Shown in pieces: positions 39,601 to 52,598 of a DNA stretch of 64,000 bases. The first letter of the stretch is position 1. Each line of letters opens with the position of its first letter. The position numbers were made by a program, and so were the translations under genes. The notes under the pieces are model-generated. The model did no database searches and was not told the origin of the DNA. It worked only from the letters and a program-made list of their open reading frames with translations. Where the stretch lies: positions 108,872,001-108,936,000 of the forward strand of contig OZ286461.1 in assembly GCA_965644265.1 (NCBI GenBank). Reading direction: 5' to 3'. The stretch comes from Glycera tridactyla. Taxonomy: Eukaryota.

Positions 39601-42600
39601 AAAGCTAATACAACATAATGCAGAGAATACAAATGATGACAATACAATATTGGTTGTAATGAGAATTGGCCAGTTATTGAAAAATGCCAATTTTATACAT
39701 TGTTTTGTTGTTATTTTTCATTGTAGGATGGCGGCCTCATCTCACTCAACAGCACTACCGATCTCATCATAACAGTCGGTGATATCCAAGACACAGCACC
39801 TTTTTTTCTCAACTCACCATACCTGGCCAATATTCCAGAAGACCTAGAAGTTGTAAGTGCAAATAACATTCAGGCGTAATAGAGTATATATGTACATCTT
39901 CCATGATAAACTGCATGTTCAGAAACTCTATTGAAGCCACAAGAAATACCAATATACATGTAGTTGAATCTTGTACTTTTGCTGTAATNNNNNNNNNNNN
40001 NNNNNNNNNNNNNNNNNNNNNNNNNNNNNNNNNNNNNNNNNNNNNNNNNNNNNNNNNNNNNNNNNNNNNNNNNNNNNNNNNNNNNNNNNNNNNNNNNNNN
40101 NNNNNNNNNNNNNNNNNNNNNNNNNNNNNNNNNNNNNNNNNNNNNNNNNNNNNNNNNNNGTTCAACAGGCCAACCTTTAATATAGTCTGTGCTCATCTGA
40201 TAGATATTTCCATCTGCCCATCATCTTGATGATATTGTATTGATACTGTGCTATACCTTGTTCATTGATTCAGTGGCCTTGGATCTCATATCTTCCTTTT
40301 TCTCTACACTTATATTTTGCAGGGTCAGTCAGTATTATCAGTCAGTGCCAAAGATGGGGACCAAGGGGTTCCAAATCCCATACGTTACAGCTTTCTTTCA
40401 GGTATGGCTGGCACATGTATCATGTTCATTCAGTGATTGCTGTGTCCTCTGTACTGTCAAACTTGCTTGAGAGACCACCTCTGTAGAAAGCCCACCTTGA
40501 GCAGAGACTGCATCAGTATTTTCAGTAGTAAATAAACCTCTCTACAAAGACCATCTATTAACAAGGAATACTTTTTATGTGACTGAAGGTGGTCCTTGTA
40601 TATGCTGTACTGTATGTTCAAATAATCCAGAAAGCATCTCCAATGATTTGATATGGCAGTCAGGAAACAGCCGTGGTCTATAACCATGGCAACACCTGAT
40701 GTGTACAACTCTAATATTGCAGTGTCATTTTTTCTTAAGGAAATTTTAAGACTGTTTTGAAATGCCATTCCTGAAATGCAGGCTTTCCAGTGATGCAGGC
40801 TTTCTGAGATGCACTGTATTTTCAAGAATATGGGGATGATCAAATATGAGTCACAATTCTGGAATGGATCCCCAAGTTTGCCATGATATTAGACTGAAAT
40901 CGTATTGGATTCAACAATACACCATTAAGATGTGGGAATTAGATTTACAGAAATCATTTAATACATGTAACCTGTGCATTCTGATCAGGATGGCCTGGAA
41001 CAGCTGGCCTGTGTATGAGTGAGCAGTCTGATACACTGAGCTACCAAACTTCCACAAGATGAGCATCTAAATATCCTAGCCATTACTGGTTTCAATAATT
41101 AAAAAAATTGAAATATATGTGTACCACCAGATGCAAATATCTTTTTACCATACCTCTTGATGTTATTCCTTTCAGGTTTATCACAATATTTCAACATTGA
41201 TGAGAACACAGGTCTAATAACACTTGCTCAGGTGATTGACAGAGAGGATGCATCTATACGAGACCTATTTGGTGCACTCGATATCGTAGTTCAGGTAAGA
41301 TAAGTAAGAAAATATTGCGTATCTAAAGAAATGCTGAAATAGTGTTCGGAGGTTCAAACTGCCAACTTTTCTATTGTCTGCAGATTAACTCTAGATAACT
41401 GCTCATTATAACACTTGAAATGCAGTCTTTTTTTGGTCTAAATTCCTGACCCTCTCCACACTTCTCTTGTCACATATTTTATGCACTCTTTCCATCTCGA
41501 CTCAGCATACAGATGAAGATCAATTTGTACAGAAGACTAGATGTGCCTGATACTTTTCTATATGCAGTTGGTTACCATATTGACAACTCATTTGTTGCTA
41601 CTGATTGCAAAACCTTTATGGGTATGGCATTTTAGTGGAATATTATAGCTACCACTTTGATTCATTTTCTTTCAGCTAGACTGGTCACATTTCATGGTAT
41701 GATCCATGAGTGCTACATGGATAAGTGATTAGCAAACAGTTTATATGATTATGGCAACTTTTTTCAATTTTGCCATGAAAAACAATATTCTGCTGATTGC
41801 CATCACATCTTTAGCCGAATCGCTGAATGGTCATATTCAGATTTAAGAAAAATGAGATGTACTTCAGCAATAGTGAATTTGAGAATGCATCATACAAATC
41901 TATTGCTCTTAGAAGCAGCGAGCTAGTTGATGCATTTTAGGTTAGATTACATCTCTTTATATTGTCAATTTGCTTTATTTTTGTGTTTTTCAGGCTGAGG
42001 AGGTGACAGCTACTCCACAAGGTCCCACACAAGCAACAGCTCAGATCACAATCAGCATAGTGGATATTAATGATCAGACACCTACATTCAGTCAAGCCTC
42101 GTATAATGGCGTGATCCTCGAGAACACCCAACTACAGATTCCTGTCCGGATTCAGCCAGATGGTACAGAGATCATTGTAACCGATTATGACCAGGTCAGT
42201 ACTCGTAAACAATGGACATTTATTTTACTTCAGGGTACAGGATCATAATTCAGTGATACTCTGAAACAAAATGCCCATATAACAACATACCACTTTGCAC
42301 ATGATCCTGCAAAAAAGATGTGAGAGGAGAAATTTTGCAGTCAAACTAATGTGATCCAGTCAGTGGGTGGGTGAATGATAGTTTATTGACAATAACTTAT
42401 AAAGTATGGAGTCTATTAAAGTAAGACTTTGTGGTTAGGATTGCCTGAGGTCTGGCAAGACGTCTATCGATTTTGGAGTGGCCATCTTGAATTTCAAGGT
42501 CACCAAGTACAAAAGAGTTCAAAAGGATTTCTGAACAAAGGTTAGCTATCTCAAACTTGCTTACAGACTCTCCTTGGCTTTGGCAAGCCACCTATTGATT

Positions 42601-45600
42601 TCGGCATAGCTGGCTTACATATTGAGGTCACTAAATGACAAAAGGTCAAAATGATTTCTGAAAAACAAGTTGGAAAGTTTGAAGACTAGGCATCTCAAAC
42701 TCAGAGCATAGAATCACCTGTTGATTTTGGCGTGCTCATCATGATGTCAGTGAGTGTGAAAAAGTATTGTTTTTGTTCATGTATCTCACATCTCTCATTC
42801 ACTATCCATATGCTCACTGAGTGCATTTAGCTTGATAATATGAGTTCAAATCATTTATCTGGGCAGCTCAAAACTCGTTCGCATTTATTCATTTTCAGGG
42901 AGACAAAGGTCGTTTTGAATTATTTTTGGAGAAAGATGGTGCACCATTCGATGTATTTGAGATTATACCAGAGAAGGTTCTCAATGAGGCAACAGTTCTT
43001 CTTCGTGTAAAAGACCCATTAGCTCTGGACTATGAGACGATAACATCGCTGACTTTTGAGGTGAGTTCATGCATCTTCCTACATTTCTCCATCATTTTAT
43101 CATACTATATCACCTATTCCCAATCAGTCTATATGTCTTAAATTCTACACATAAATGTCATGTGGGATGAGCATACAGAAGAGTATCAAATTGAACTTCA
43201 TTAGGCTCAACAGGTGAATGCCCACGGGCTTTCTTGTCCACCATAGTAAACATGGTTCTCCTCAGTTTTCAATGTAATACTCTTGTGGTTTATGCAAGAT
43301 CTATCAGTCTAATATGGAACCTTCCTTAGGCAAAACATATCCCACACTGTAGCAACAGGTGAGAATGTGGTCAAAGATATCTTTGGCTAGAGATCACTTC
43401 TTCTTGAGAGACCACATTTTTGTGACATTTGAGGCAGTCTCTCATCACTGGTCTCTTCAGCCAGGTAATAGTGGTATGATATCCATGTGTACACTCCCTA
43501 AAACAAATGTAGATGAGCCCAATCAGCATGGAAGGCGAAAGTAGTGAAAGTGGAAAGTGCCTTTTTTCACCATAGTTTGTAAATTTTCCCATATATCAGT
43601 GAAACATGTTATTGTTTTTTTAGTGACCATTGTATTTGATTGCAGATTGTTGCGCGAGAATATCTGACGCCAGAAGGGTATTCAAGTCGAGCAAGCATGA
43701 CGGTAGAGATTGAGGACATGAATGATCACTGGCCAAGTTTCTCAGAAGAAACGTATAGTGCAAGTGTTTATGAGAACTCCCCGATAAACACACCAGTTAC
43801 AACCATCACGGTATGCATATCAGTGCTCATTCAATTCAATTCAATTCATAAACATAGACATAGTCACTCTTAATTTATAGAGGCAATAATACAGCACTTT
43901 CACATGAGGTAACCAAGAACAAACGAGGAGCCACTGCATAAGGGTCAGATCGACAATCGTAGCAAATTGTGGACAAAATGTGCGTTTGGTTCATGACCTT
44001 GTCGACAACTTTTCGACAATCTTCAGACATACTTGTGAGCTTGTCTTTGAATGTTGATAACATCATCATTATCAATTTCTTAGAGCACCTGGATCGACAA
44101 GTTTGCAACAATTTCACACTAACACGATCAGCTCATACCCCTAATACGCACCCTTAGGATCAATCAGATTGCTGCAATTAAGACCAAGCCTTGTTTGTCC
44201 AAGGCAGCCACCTGCCATAAATAGCTCTTATACATTTCTCACTGGAGTTTTTCATCATCATTCACCTGTCCCAAGCAGCCATCTATCCTATGTAGCTCCT
44301 TTTTGCCATTTCCAATGGTGGCTGCTTAAGACAGGTTCAACCGTATGCAATTTCAGAGTTGCAATTCCATTGCTGTATTGCCTTGTGAGTTGATATTATT
44401 CACAGTACCCCATGATAAAATAGTCGTTGGATTTCATATGATACATGGAATAATGAGATTGGTAATTTCATTTCAGGCAACTGATGAAGATTCTGGAATA
44501 TATGGAGAGGTTTCTTACTACATCCGGGGTGCCAGTGCAAACTTGTGAGTTGATCATTATTATTTTTTATTTATTATCCACACTTCACATCATCATGAGA
44601 AATCAAATATCAAAACTTATCACAACTTTTTTGGATTAGATTTTGTGATACTTATTATTGGGAGGGTGACTTTCCAGACTATAAGCCATACTGCAGACAA
44701 TGGCAGGAAATGCACCAAGGATCTTAACATGTTCGAATTCTGTAGTCGCGTGTTCCATTGGCAATCAGTAATTACTGGTATTTTCACTGAAATATCAATC
44801 AGCTTACTTTTGACACTTGGCCAACTCATCATATACAGATTACAGAATTTTGCAGCATTACATTTGGTCCTAGACTTGAATTGATTTTTGAAAAGAAAAT
44901 TTTGTATGTCCAGAACATTGACCTTATTTTTATGCAAATTGTTGGATTTTGCAGGGAATAGTTTGCAAATATCAATGATTGTCAATTCTGCTGAGTTTTT
45001 ATCAATTGATATTAATAATTTGATATGAGATACTGTCTATCATCGATACAGATGTAACTTTGCCTTCATTTTCAAATGCAGAGCATTTTTTCAATAGACA
45101 TGTTTTCATCTCATCACTGTATATTCATTGTATATTTTCAGATTCCGTATAAAACTTAATACGGGTGAGGTGTTTGTGAATGTTGCGGCAGATGAGGATC
45201 TTTCATTACTTAATCGCGAGCAAATGGATACTTACTATCTGACATTGGAAGCTATCGATGGAGGTGGATTAAGATCATCTGCACAGCTAGTCATATTGTT
45301 GTTAGACATCAATGATAACGTACCGAGTATCGGCCGTCTGGAATATGACGGCTATGTGGAGGAGAACACCAATACCCTGGAACGCCCACTTGTAATCCAG
45401 GCTACTGATCTAGACTTGCCTCCAAACAATATCATCTCTTACGAGATTGTCAGTGGGGATAACATGGATAACTTCATGATTGATGCTACTTCCGGTGCCA
45501 TCATGATGTCATCACCACTGGATTACGAGGCATTATCACCTGATCTCAATGGTCGATTAGAATTGGTTGTCATGGCGAAGGATGCTGGAACGCCATCTCT

Positions 45601-48600
45601 GAACAGCACAGCTGTGGTTGTTATATATGTGGAGGTGGGTCTTATATATTCTGCTCATCACCTGCAAAGTTTTATACACTATCATCCCTTCCATCTGTCT
45701 TTCTATCACTTCTCCATCATGGTCTTTGTTTGAATGTTTGTCTGTTATGTCACCAATAACAGGTTTTTGAATAATCATCATGAAGGATCATAAATTCAAA
45801 TTCGATTCAAATCAATTCACGTTTGTACTGCAATTACATTAAAAATTAGGTATGATAAGTTGAAATCTGTCATTGGTAAATTTCAAAGTTGATATGAAGA
45901 TTGCCATGTAATTTTGGTACTGGTGATTGATTTAGTGTGGCTGAACGTCATTTCAACCCAGGCAGGATTATATGAGACCAACTTGTAGATGCTTCTCCCT
46001 CCATGGATACAAGATCTGATAGAATATACATTGTTTTCTTGTAATACATGTTTGCTGCTGCATTGTTACAGGACACGAATGATATGGCTCCAGAGTTTCC
46101 AACGGCAATTTATCCTGCTGTGATACCCGAGGATACAGTCGGAGGTACCAACGTCACGGTGGTGTCAGCAACTGACGGCGATAGCACAGCACCAAACAAT
46201 GAAATCATCTATCGTATAGAGAGTGGAGCTCGTGACAAGTTCCGCATCGATGGTGAGAGTGGAGTGATCAGTGTGGAGAATGGTGCTGACCTTGATCGTG
46301 ACCTTTATGGTACAACTTATTCGCTGATGGTGTTGGCGATTGATCGTGGGACACCCCCGAAAACTGGTGGCACTCTTGTCAACATCAACATCACCGATAT
46401 CAACAACAAGGTAAGAGAGAATGACATTTTTGGGATGAAACCTTCTAGTTGTAGACGCTCAGCCTCAAAATTGCTTGCATACAGAGCAGTCAAGTATCAC
46501 TTCAATGTCAGGAGTGCTATATTTGCTGCGGGAGCTCAGGGTGGGTGTATGAGCAATATCTACTTCCTGATTCTCGAGTACAGAGCCATCAAGTCCCGCA
46601 TCAGACTTGCTTTCTCACATTAGAGGTAATTGCCATTGGCAATGAATTATACTTCTAAGTTTACTTTGCAATTTAAAATGTTCTCATCTTCATGGATCTC
46701 AATGTTTGCATCATGAATCTTGTTGAACAGATGCTATGAAGGGAATAGAATTTTTCACTGTGATTGTATATACATGTATTCTGACAGTGAAAAGAGAAGT
46801 CACAGGAGTTCAACATATCAAGAAATCATCATATTTTATACTGAAATTAGAAAATATGATTATGACATTGGGTATGAAATTGTGCTCTTCAAGTCCGATA
46901 AAATGGCTGGCTAGAAAGGATAGGATAGGGACCTGGGCGTTATCCGCAAGGCTGTCCAGTATCGATGTGGATGTAGATGTAGATTGGCTATGAGGACTGT
47001 TGGGAGGCCATTCATCTACATGAGTTATGCTTCACATGTCAGGAAAATTTTACATTTTGTCAGGGAGTTGTGCTTCATGGGTGCACAACCTGAACACAGT
47101 TACTTGTTCCCTTCAGATCCAGTCAGTAATAGTATTTTAATCTGCTTGTAGGCACCTGTATTTGACCCTGCTAGTCAATTACTGGCGATACCAGAAAACA
47201 CAACAGTTGGTAGCAGTATCCTCACCTACGTGGCCACAGACGCTGATCAAGACTCGCAGTTGACGTATGCGCTGATTGTCGATGCAATCACTGGAGAAGA
47301 TGAAGATAAACGTCCAATCACTGATCTCCCATATCTACAGGTATGACTTGAGGTCTCAATAATCCATGATCATGATATGATGTTGCCAAATGATTCACTT
47401 GTAGCAAGTCTCACATGCTACTACATGTACTATATATCCATCTGAAGAATGAATGATCAGCATTGCCTGATATTTCATCAGGCCACACTAGACATGTCAT
47501 TTCATAACTAATCCATGCCGATGGCAGCTTACAAGTGCTTGTTCAACTTGCTGACTGCAGCTCCCCCTCTCCTAGAGTAATGTGAACCATAGCCTAATGG
47601 ATCCTATCTACTCTGTAGGTCAATATACAATATGTATAAAAAGGTTGAGGACAGGAAAGTTTTTGATATTCTGTTATTTTGCTGTTGTGGCTGTTACAGG
47701 GTTTATTTGGCATTGATTCTGACACTGGTACGTTATTTGTGGCAAGTGAGTTGGATCGGGAGACGGTGGAGGAAGTAATGCTGGTCATCCTGGCAACGGA
47801 CCTCAATGGTCCTCCTCTACAGACTGCTACTGGTGAGTGTTTCATCAGTCATACAGTCATACCTGCCTGAGACCACCTCTATACAAAAACCACCTGCATA
47901 CAAATGCCATCCTGAGTCATCACCATTGCAGTATTCTCTACAGTTAACACCTCCCTAGAAAGACAACTTTCTGATGTGACGGAGGGTGTCCTTCATGGAC
48001 AGATTTAACTGTACTTATCAGATATTTTTCTTCATCTTGTGGCCAGTAGTGATGGGCCGATGGTCAAGTAAGATTGATGGTTTTTTGTTATTGCTTGATC
48101 CATACCAAAAGGAACTTTCATCGATTACAAATGTCCACTATCTGTATGATCTGGTCTTCTCAGATGCTAAAACCATTTCCTCCAGATAGCACACACTCAG
48201 AGATTATTCCCTGAATGATGGAGTGGTCGCTCACAAGATACATTTTTTTCACTTTTGCAGCTCAGTTATTCATCACGCTGATTGATGTGAATGACAATCC
48301 GCCAACGTTTGTACCTAGTGACACGTACATTGCAAGAATCTCTGAGGCATCTCAACCTGGGATCGAGATCAAGCAGGTTCTTGCCATCGATCCTGATAAA
48401 GACCCCGGTGCAATTAGCTACTATTTAGAGGACAATATGGACTGGTTTGAAATCACCAGTGAGAATCGAGTCACTGGACTAGTCACATTAAAGAATCCGG
48501 TTGATCGAGAACAGAATGAAGCCATTATGCTGACAGTGAGGGCTGAAGATGCAGGAGTACCCGTCAAAACCGGTACGTACCATTTGAGCCACTACATGTG

Positions 48601-51600
48601 ATATGGTTGTGGGGACAGTTGTCCCATCTACTTCGGAAATTGGGGACATTACCATGGAATAGGGGACTCTGACTTTGGATGCCTAGGATTGATAGCTTTA
48701 CCACAACATAACTTTATAAAAGATTGCATCAATTCATGCAGGGGTGCAGCCAAGAACAAACATTAAACAGTTATTTCAAGTTTGATACACCGACTTGTTA
48801 AGAAGACTAGAAATGTTTCGTTTATGGAGGAGTCATGGACCATTGTTTTATTCTGGATTGCTCTCTTACATTGTAACAGTGCCTGAAATTGTTTATATGG
48901 GTTATGTGATTCAGGATATGCCACCATTGAGGTCAGTATTGAGGATGTCAATGACAACAGTCCAGAGTGGATACAGTTTGGGACGACTGTCTACGTGATG
49001 GAGAATGCAACGGTTGGCACGGAGATAACGACTGTTGCGGCCATCGATGCCGATACCGGTGCATTCGGGAGTGTCATGTACTACATCGCCGCTGGTGCTC
49101 TAAATCTCTTCTCCATTAATTCCACAACTGTAAGTTCAAGGAGTGTCGATATCAAGTGATTTGTCATGTGATTATGAATTTGAACCACTTGTGAGATACT
49201 GGTGTATAGTTTTGACCACCCTCTTTAGGCCAGTTAGTCATAATAAATTGTTGTTTGTTATGTACTTTCATCATGCAGGATTAAAATATCAGTGCTTGGG
49301 GGCTGATTACAGGAAACCACTGACAACTCTCCTTCAGGACCATATTTTGTAATTTTGGGAGTGATTGCATTGGGGATATTCCATGGCATCAGCACTAGTT
49401 TAACTTCAATCTTGTGTCTTAAGGTAGAAGTTTCACGATACTCACAGTATATTTGTAGAAAGTCATAGCTTTCAGAGCCCATCCGAGCTCTCTCCTCAGT
49501 GAGTGGCTACTGCAACTGCTTGGTACTGTCATGTGACCTTCTGATCTTGTTGGGATCACATGACTAGAGTATCTCCCGATAGATTGGCGGGAGAAAGTGT
49601 CTGCCCCGGTCCCTATTCAGAGGGGGGGGGTCCGTCTTGTTGATAAAAACCGCCTCCGCTACACCCCTACGGAACCAATTTGGTTCTTGGTGGAGGATGG
49701 TGACATTATCCTCACCAAACTGATGTCCACAAGTGTCCAGATGGTGTCCAACCGGGGAGGTGGTCCTGTGGTGTTCAGTAATCCTTTTCTTTAAGGCCCT
49801 CTCAGTCTCACCCACATAAGTGATCTTGCAGTCCTCACACTGTATCTGATAAACCAGTCCTGTCTTATCCCCCTTTTTAATTTTGTCCTTGGGGTGTACC
49901 TACTTACTGCGGATGGTGTTGGCAGGGGTGAAATGGACCGTGACCCCTGATTTGCGTAAAATCCTGCATATAGCGTCGGTGCATGGGCCAACATAGGGTA
50001 TGGAATCTTGTGTCTTCAATTTTGAATGCTCAGAATGCAGATCCTTCATGATTCACCTGAGATATCATCAAAATATGAGTGATGTTTGGCTGAAGAGACT
50101 TGCTTTCTTACTTTTCAAAGAAATAGGAAATATGGTACCTATAATTGCTTTGGTTGAGACATACAGTTGAAGCCCAATGAACCAAATCAAATGAATTACT
50201 GCATTTTGTATTGTGTAGTACACACATTGGATTCAGAATAATCTAGTCGATTGTTTTTTCAGGGTGTCATCTCTCTTATGGGCCCATTGGATCGCGAGGA
50301 GGAGGATGAGTACACATTGACGATCCAGGCACAAGACAATAATATGGCTCCTTATAACGATCGACGGATAACACCTGGATATATGAAAATCACCTTACTG
50401 GATGTCAACGATGACACTCCATTATTTGATAAAGCGGTATATAACGCTGACAATATACAAGAGAATGCAAACCAGAATACACAGATCTTGACTGTCCATG
50501 CCACTGACAGAGATCTTGAAGATAATGGAATTATTGATTATTTCGTCGATCCTGCAAACAGTAATTCATCCGGATTGTTCAATGTGCTACCGACAGAGGG
50601 TGTGGTGTATGTGAATCAGCCCCTGCGTGGGAATGTCGGGATGTTTTACATGACGGTGATTGCCCGTGATCGAGGTGTACCATCACTGAGTAATACCACC
50701 AAAGTGTACATCACAATTGATGATGTCAACGACCATGAACCCGAGATTATCTCCCCTGGAAGCAATGAAACGGTCTTTGTATATGAGGTTGGTATCAACA
50801 TGGTATTTGAAAGGCACCTGTCACCATTTTGCTTCATGAAATACAGGCCACTTACTCGCCTGATGATGCTTCATTGCAGGATAAAGTGAAACCTACAGTG
50901 AAAGACCCAGACGAGAGACCATCTCTGATGAGAGACTGCGTTCACATGGCAGCTTTCTGATGTGACATAGTCAAATAGACCTCCAACAAGTGACCACTCT
51001 TCTAGTGACATAGTCAAATAGACCTCCAACAAGGGACCACTCATCTAGTAACATAGTCAAATAGACCTCCAACAAGGGACCACTCTTCTAGTAACATTGT
51101 CAAATAGACCTCCAACAAGCAACCACTCTTCTAGTGACATAGTCAAATAGACCTCCAACAAGCAACCACTCTTCTAGTGACATAGTCAAATAGACCTCCA
51201 ACAAGCGACCACTCTTCTAGTGACATAGTCAAATAGACCTCCAACAAGCAACCACTCTTCTAGTGACATAGTCAAATAGACCTCCAACAAGCGACCACTC
51301 TTCTAGTGACATAGTCAAATAGACCTCCAACAAGCGACCACTCTTCTAGTGACATTTAGGGTGGTCCCTCATCACAAGTTTCACTGTACACCATTGGAGT
51401 GTGCAAATTATATTCTTAGAGATCGTCTGAATCATTGTTGTGGATTTGAACCTGTATTTTCAGTATGACACCAACCAACCAGAAAAATGAGTTGCTTGCT
51501 GATTGCAGGTCTTCTGAAGATAAATTATGATGATTAGGAACAAAGTTGTATGACACAAATTGGTCCAAACTATATTACCTATGTGAGTAATTGTTATTTG

Positions 51601-52560
51601 GTTGTGAACTCTTCGTATTTTGTATACCTGTATGGTGTGGAAATGAGTTGTCTCAGCTCATATCCATTGATAAAGATTATGAAGCCTTATGAAGCCTACC
51701 TATGACAAGACAATGGAAACCCACTTGTAATTATCAATCCCAGCAATTTCACTTGCCAAACATTCTGGTTCCCATAAGCCTGTGTTCAGGGTTCATAAGA
51801 GTGATGCCTGCTTGTGTTGGAGCATCCAGCTTTAATAGATCAGGAACACAGCATTCATAATCATGCGGGTAAATACATGTCATCAAACACCAACCAGCCA
51901 AGCAGTCACCTTCTGGGACAAGTTATCACTTAGAGACATAGATTTAAACTCTTTATGCCATCCAGCCACACTCTTAGGAAATGTTACGAGGAAATGATGA
52001 TTGATCACAAGCTGGCCTAGAAATCAATCAATTATAGAAAGGCTTTCTTTCATGAAGGCAACAAGCTATGCTGTATTCAACTTGAGTTTCCAAGATGAGA
52101 ATTCAAGATTGTGATATCCTCGCAATCCATTCACCACTGGACATTGAAAATCCACAATATAGCCTCTGCCAATTTATCCCAGTACCAGATGATATGTGGG
52201 ACGCCTGGTAGATTTTTTCCTTTATTGTGAGTCATGCAGTGGAGTATGAGAAAAATGTAATGGTTAACAGTATGGTATCTATGTATAATGGTTGAATTAT
52301 TTTCAGAATGTTGCGCTGCGTTCACCAGTTGTCCAGGTTGTGGCTATTGATCTGGACCAGAATGAGAATGGTGAGGTGAGGTATGAACTGATTGAGAACC
52401 CTACCAACATCCGCCAAGACTGGAAGAGCTTCAACATCGATCCTGTAACGGGATGGCTCACAACAGCGGAGGCAATCGACCGTGAATTGCAGGAAAAATA
52501 TTCGGTGAGATTCTCTTCACCTCTATGAAATGGCTGAAATAAGATAGATGGTGATGAATA

Positions 52561-52598
<38 letters not shown>

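Noticed and set aside
43890-44160. Possible CR1 3' end or short protein-like ORF
   Set aside because: The motifs on either strand are too weak to call.
45635-45733. ORF-track extensions beyond cadherin donors (also 46411-46623 and 50788-50889)
   Set aside because: These are read-through into introns; the cadherin motifs stop at the GT donors and resume in phase in the next exon.
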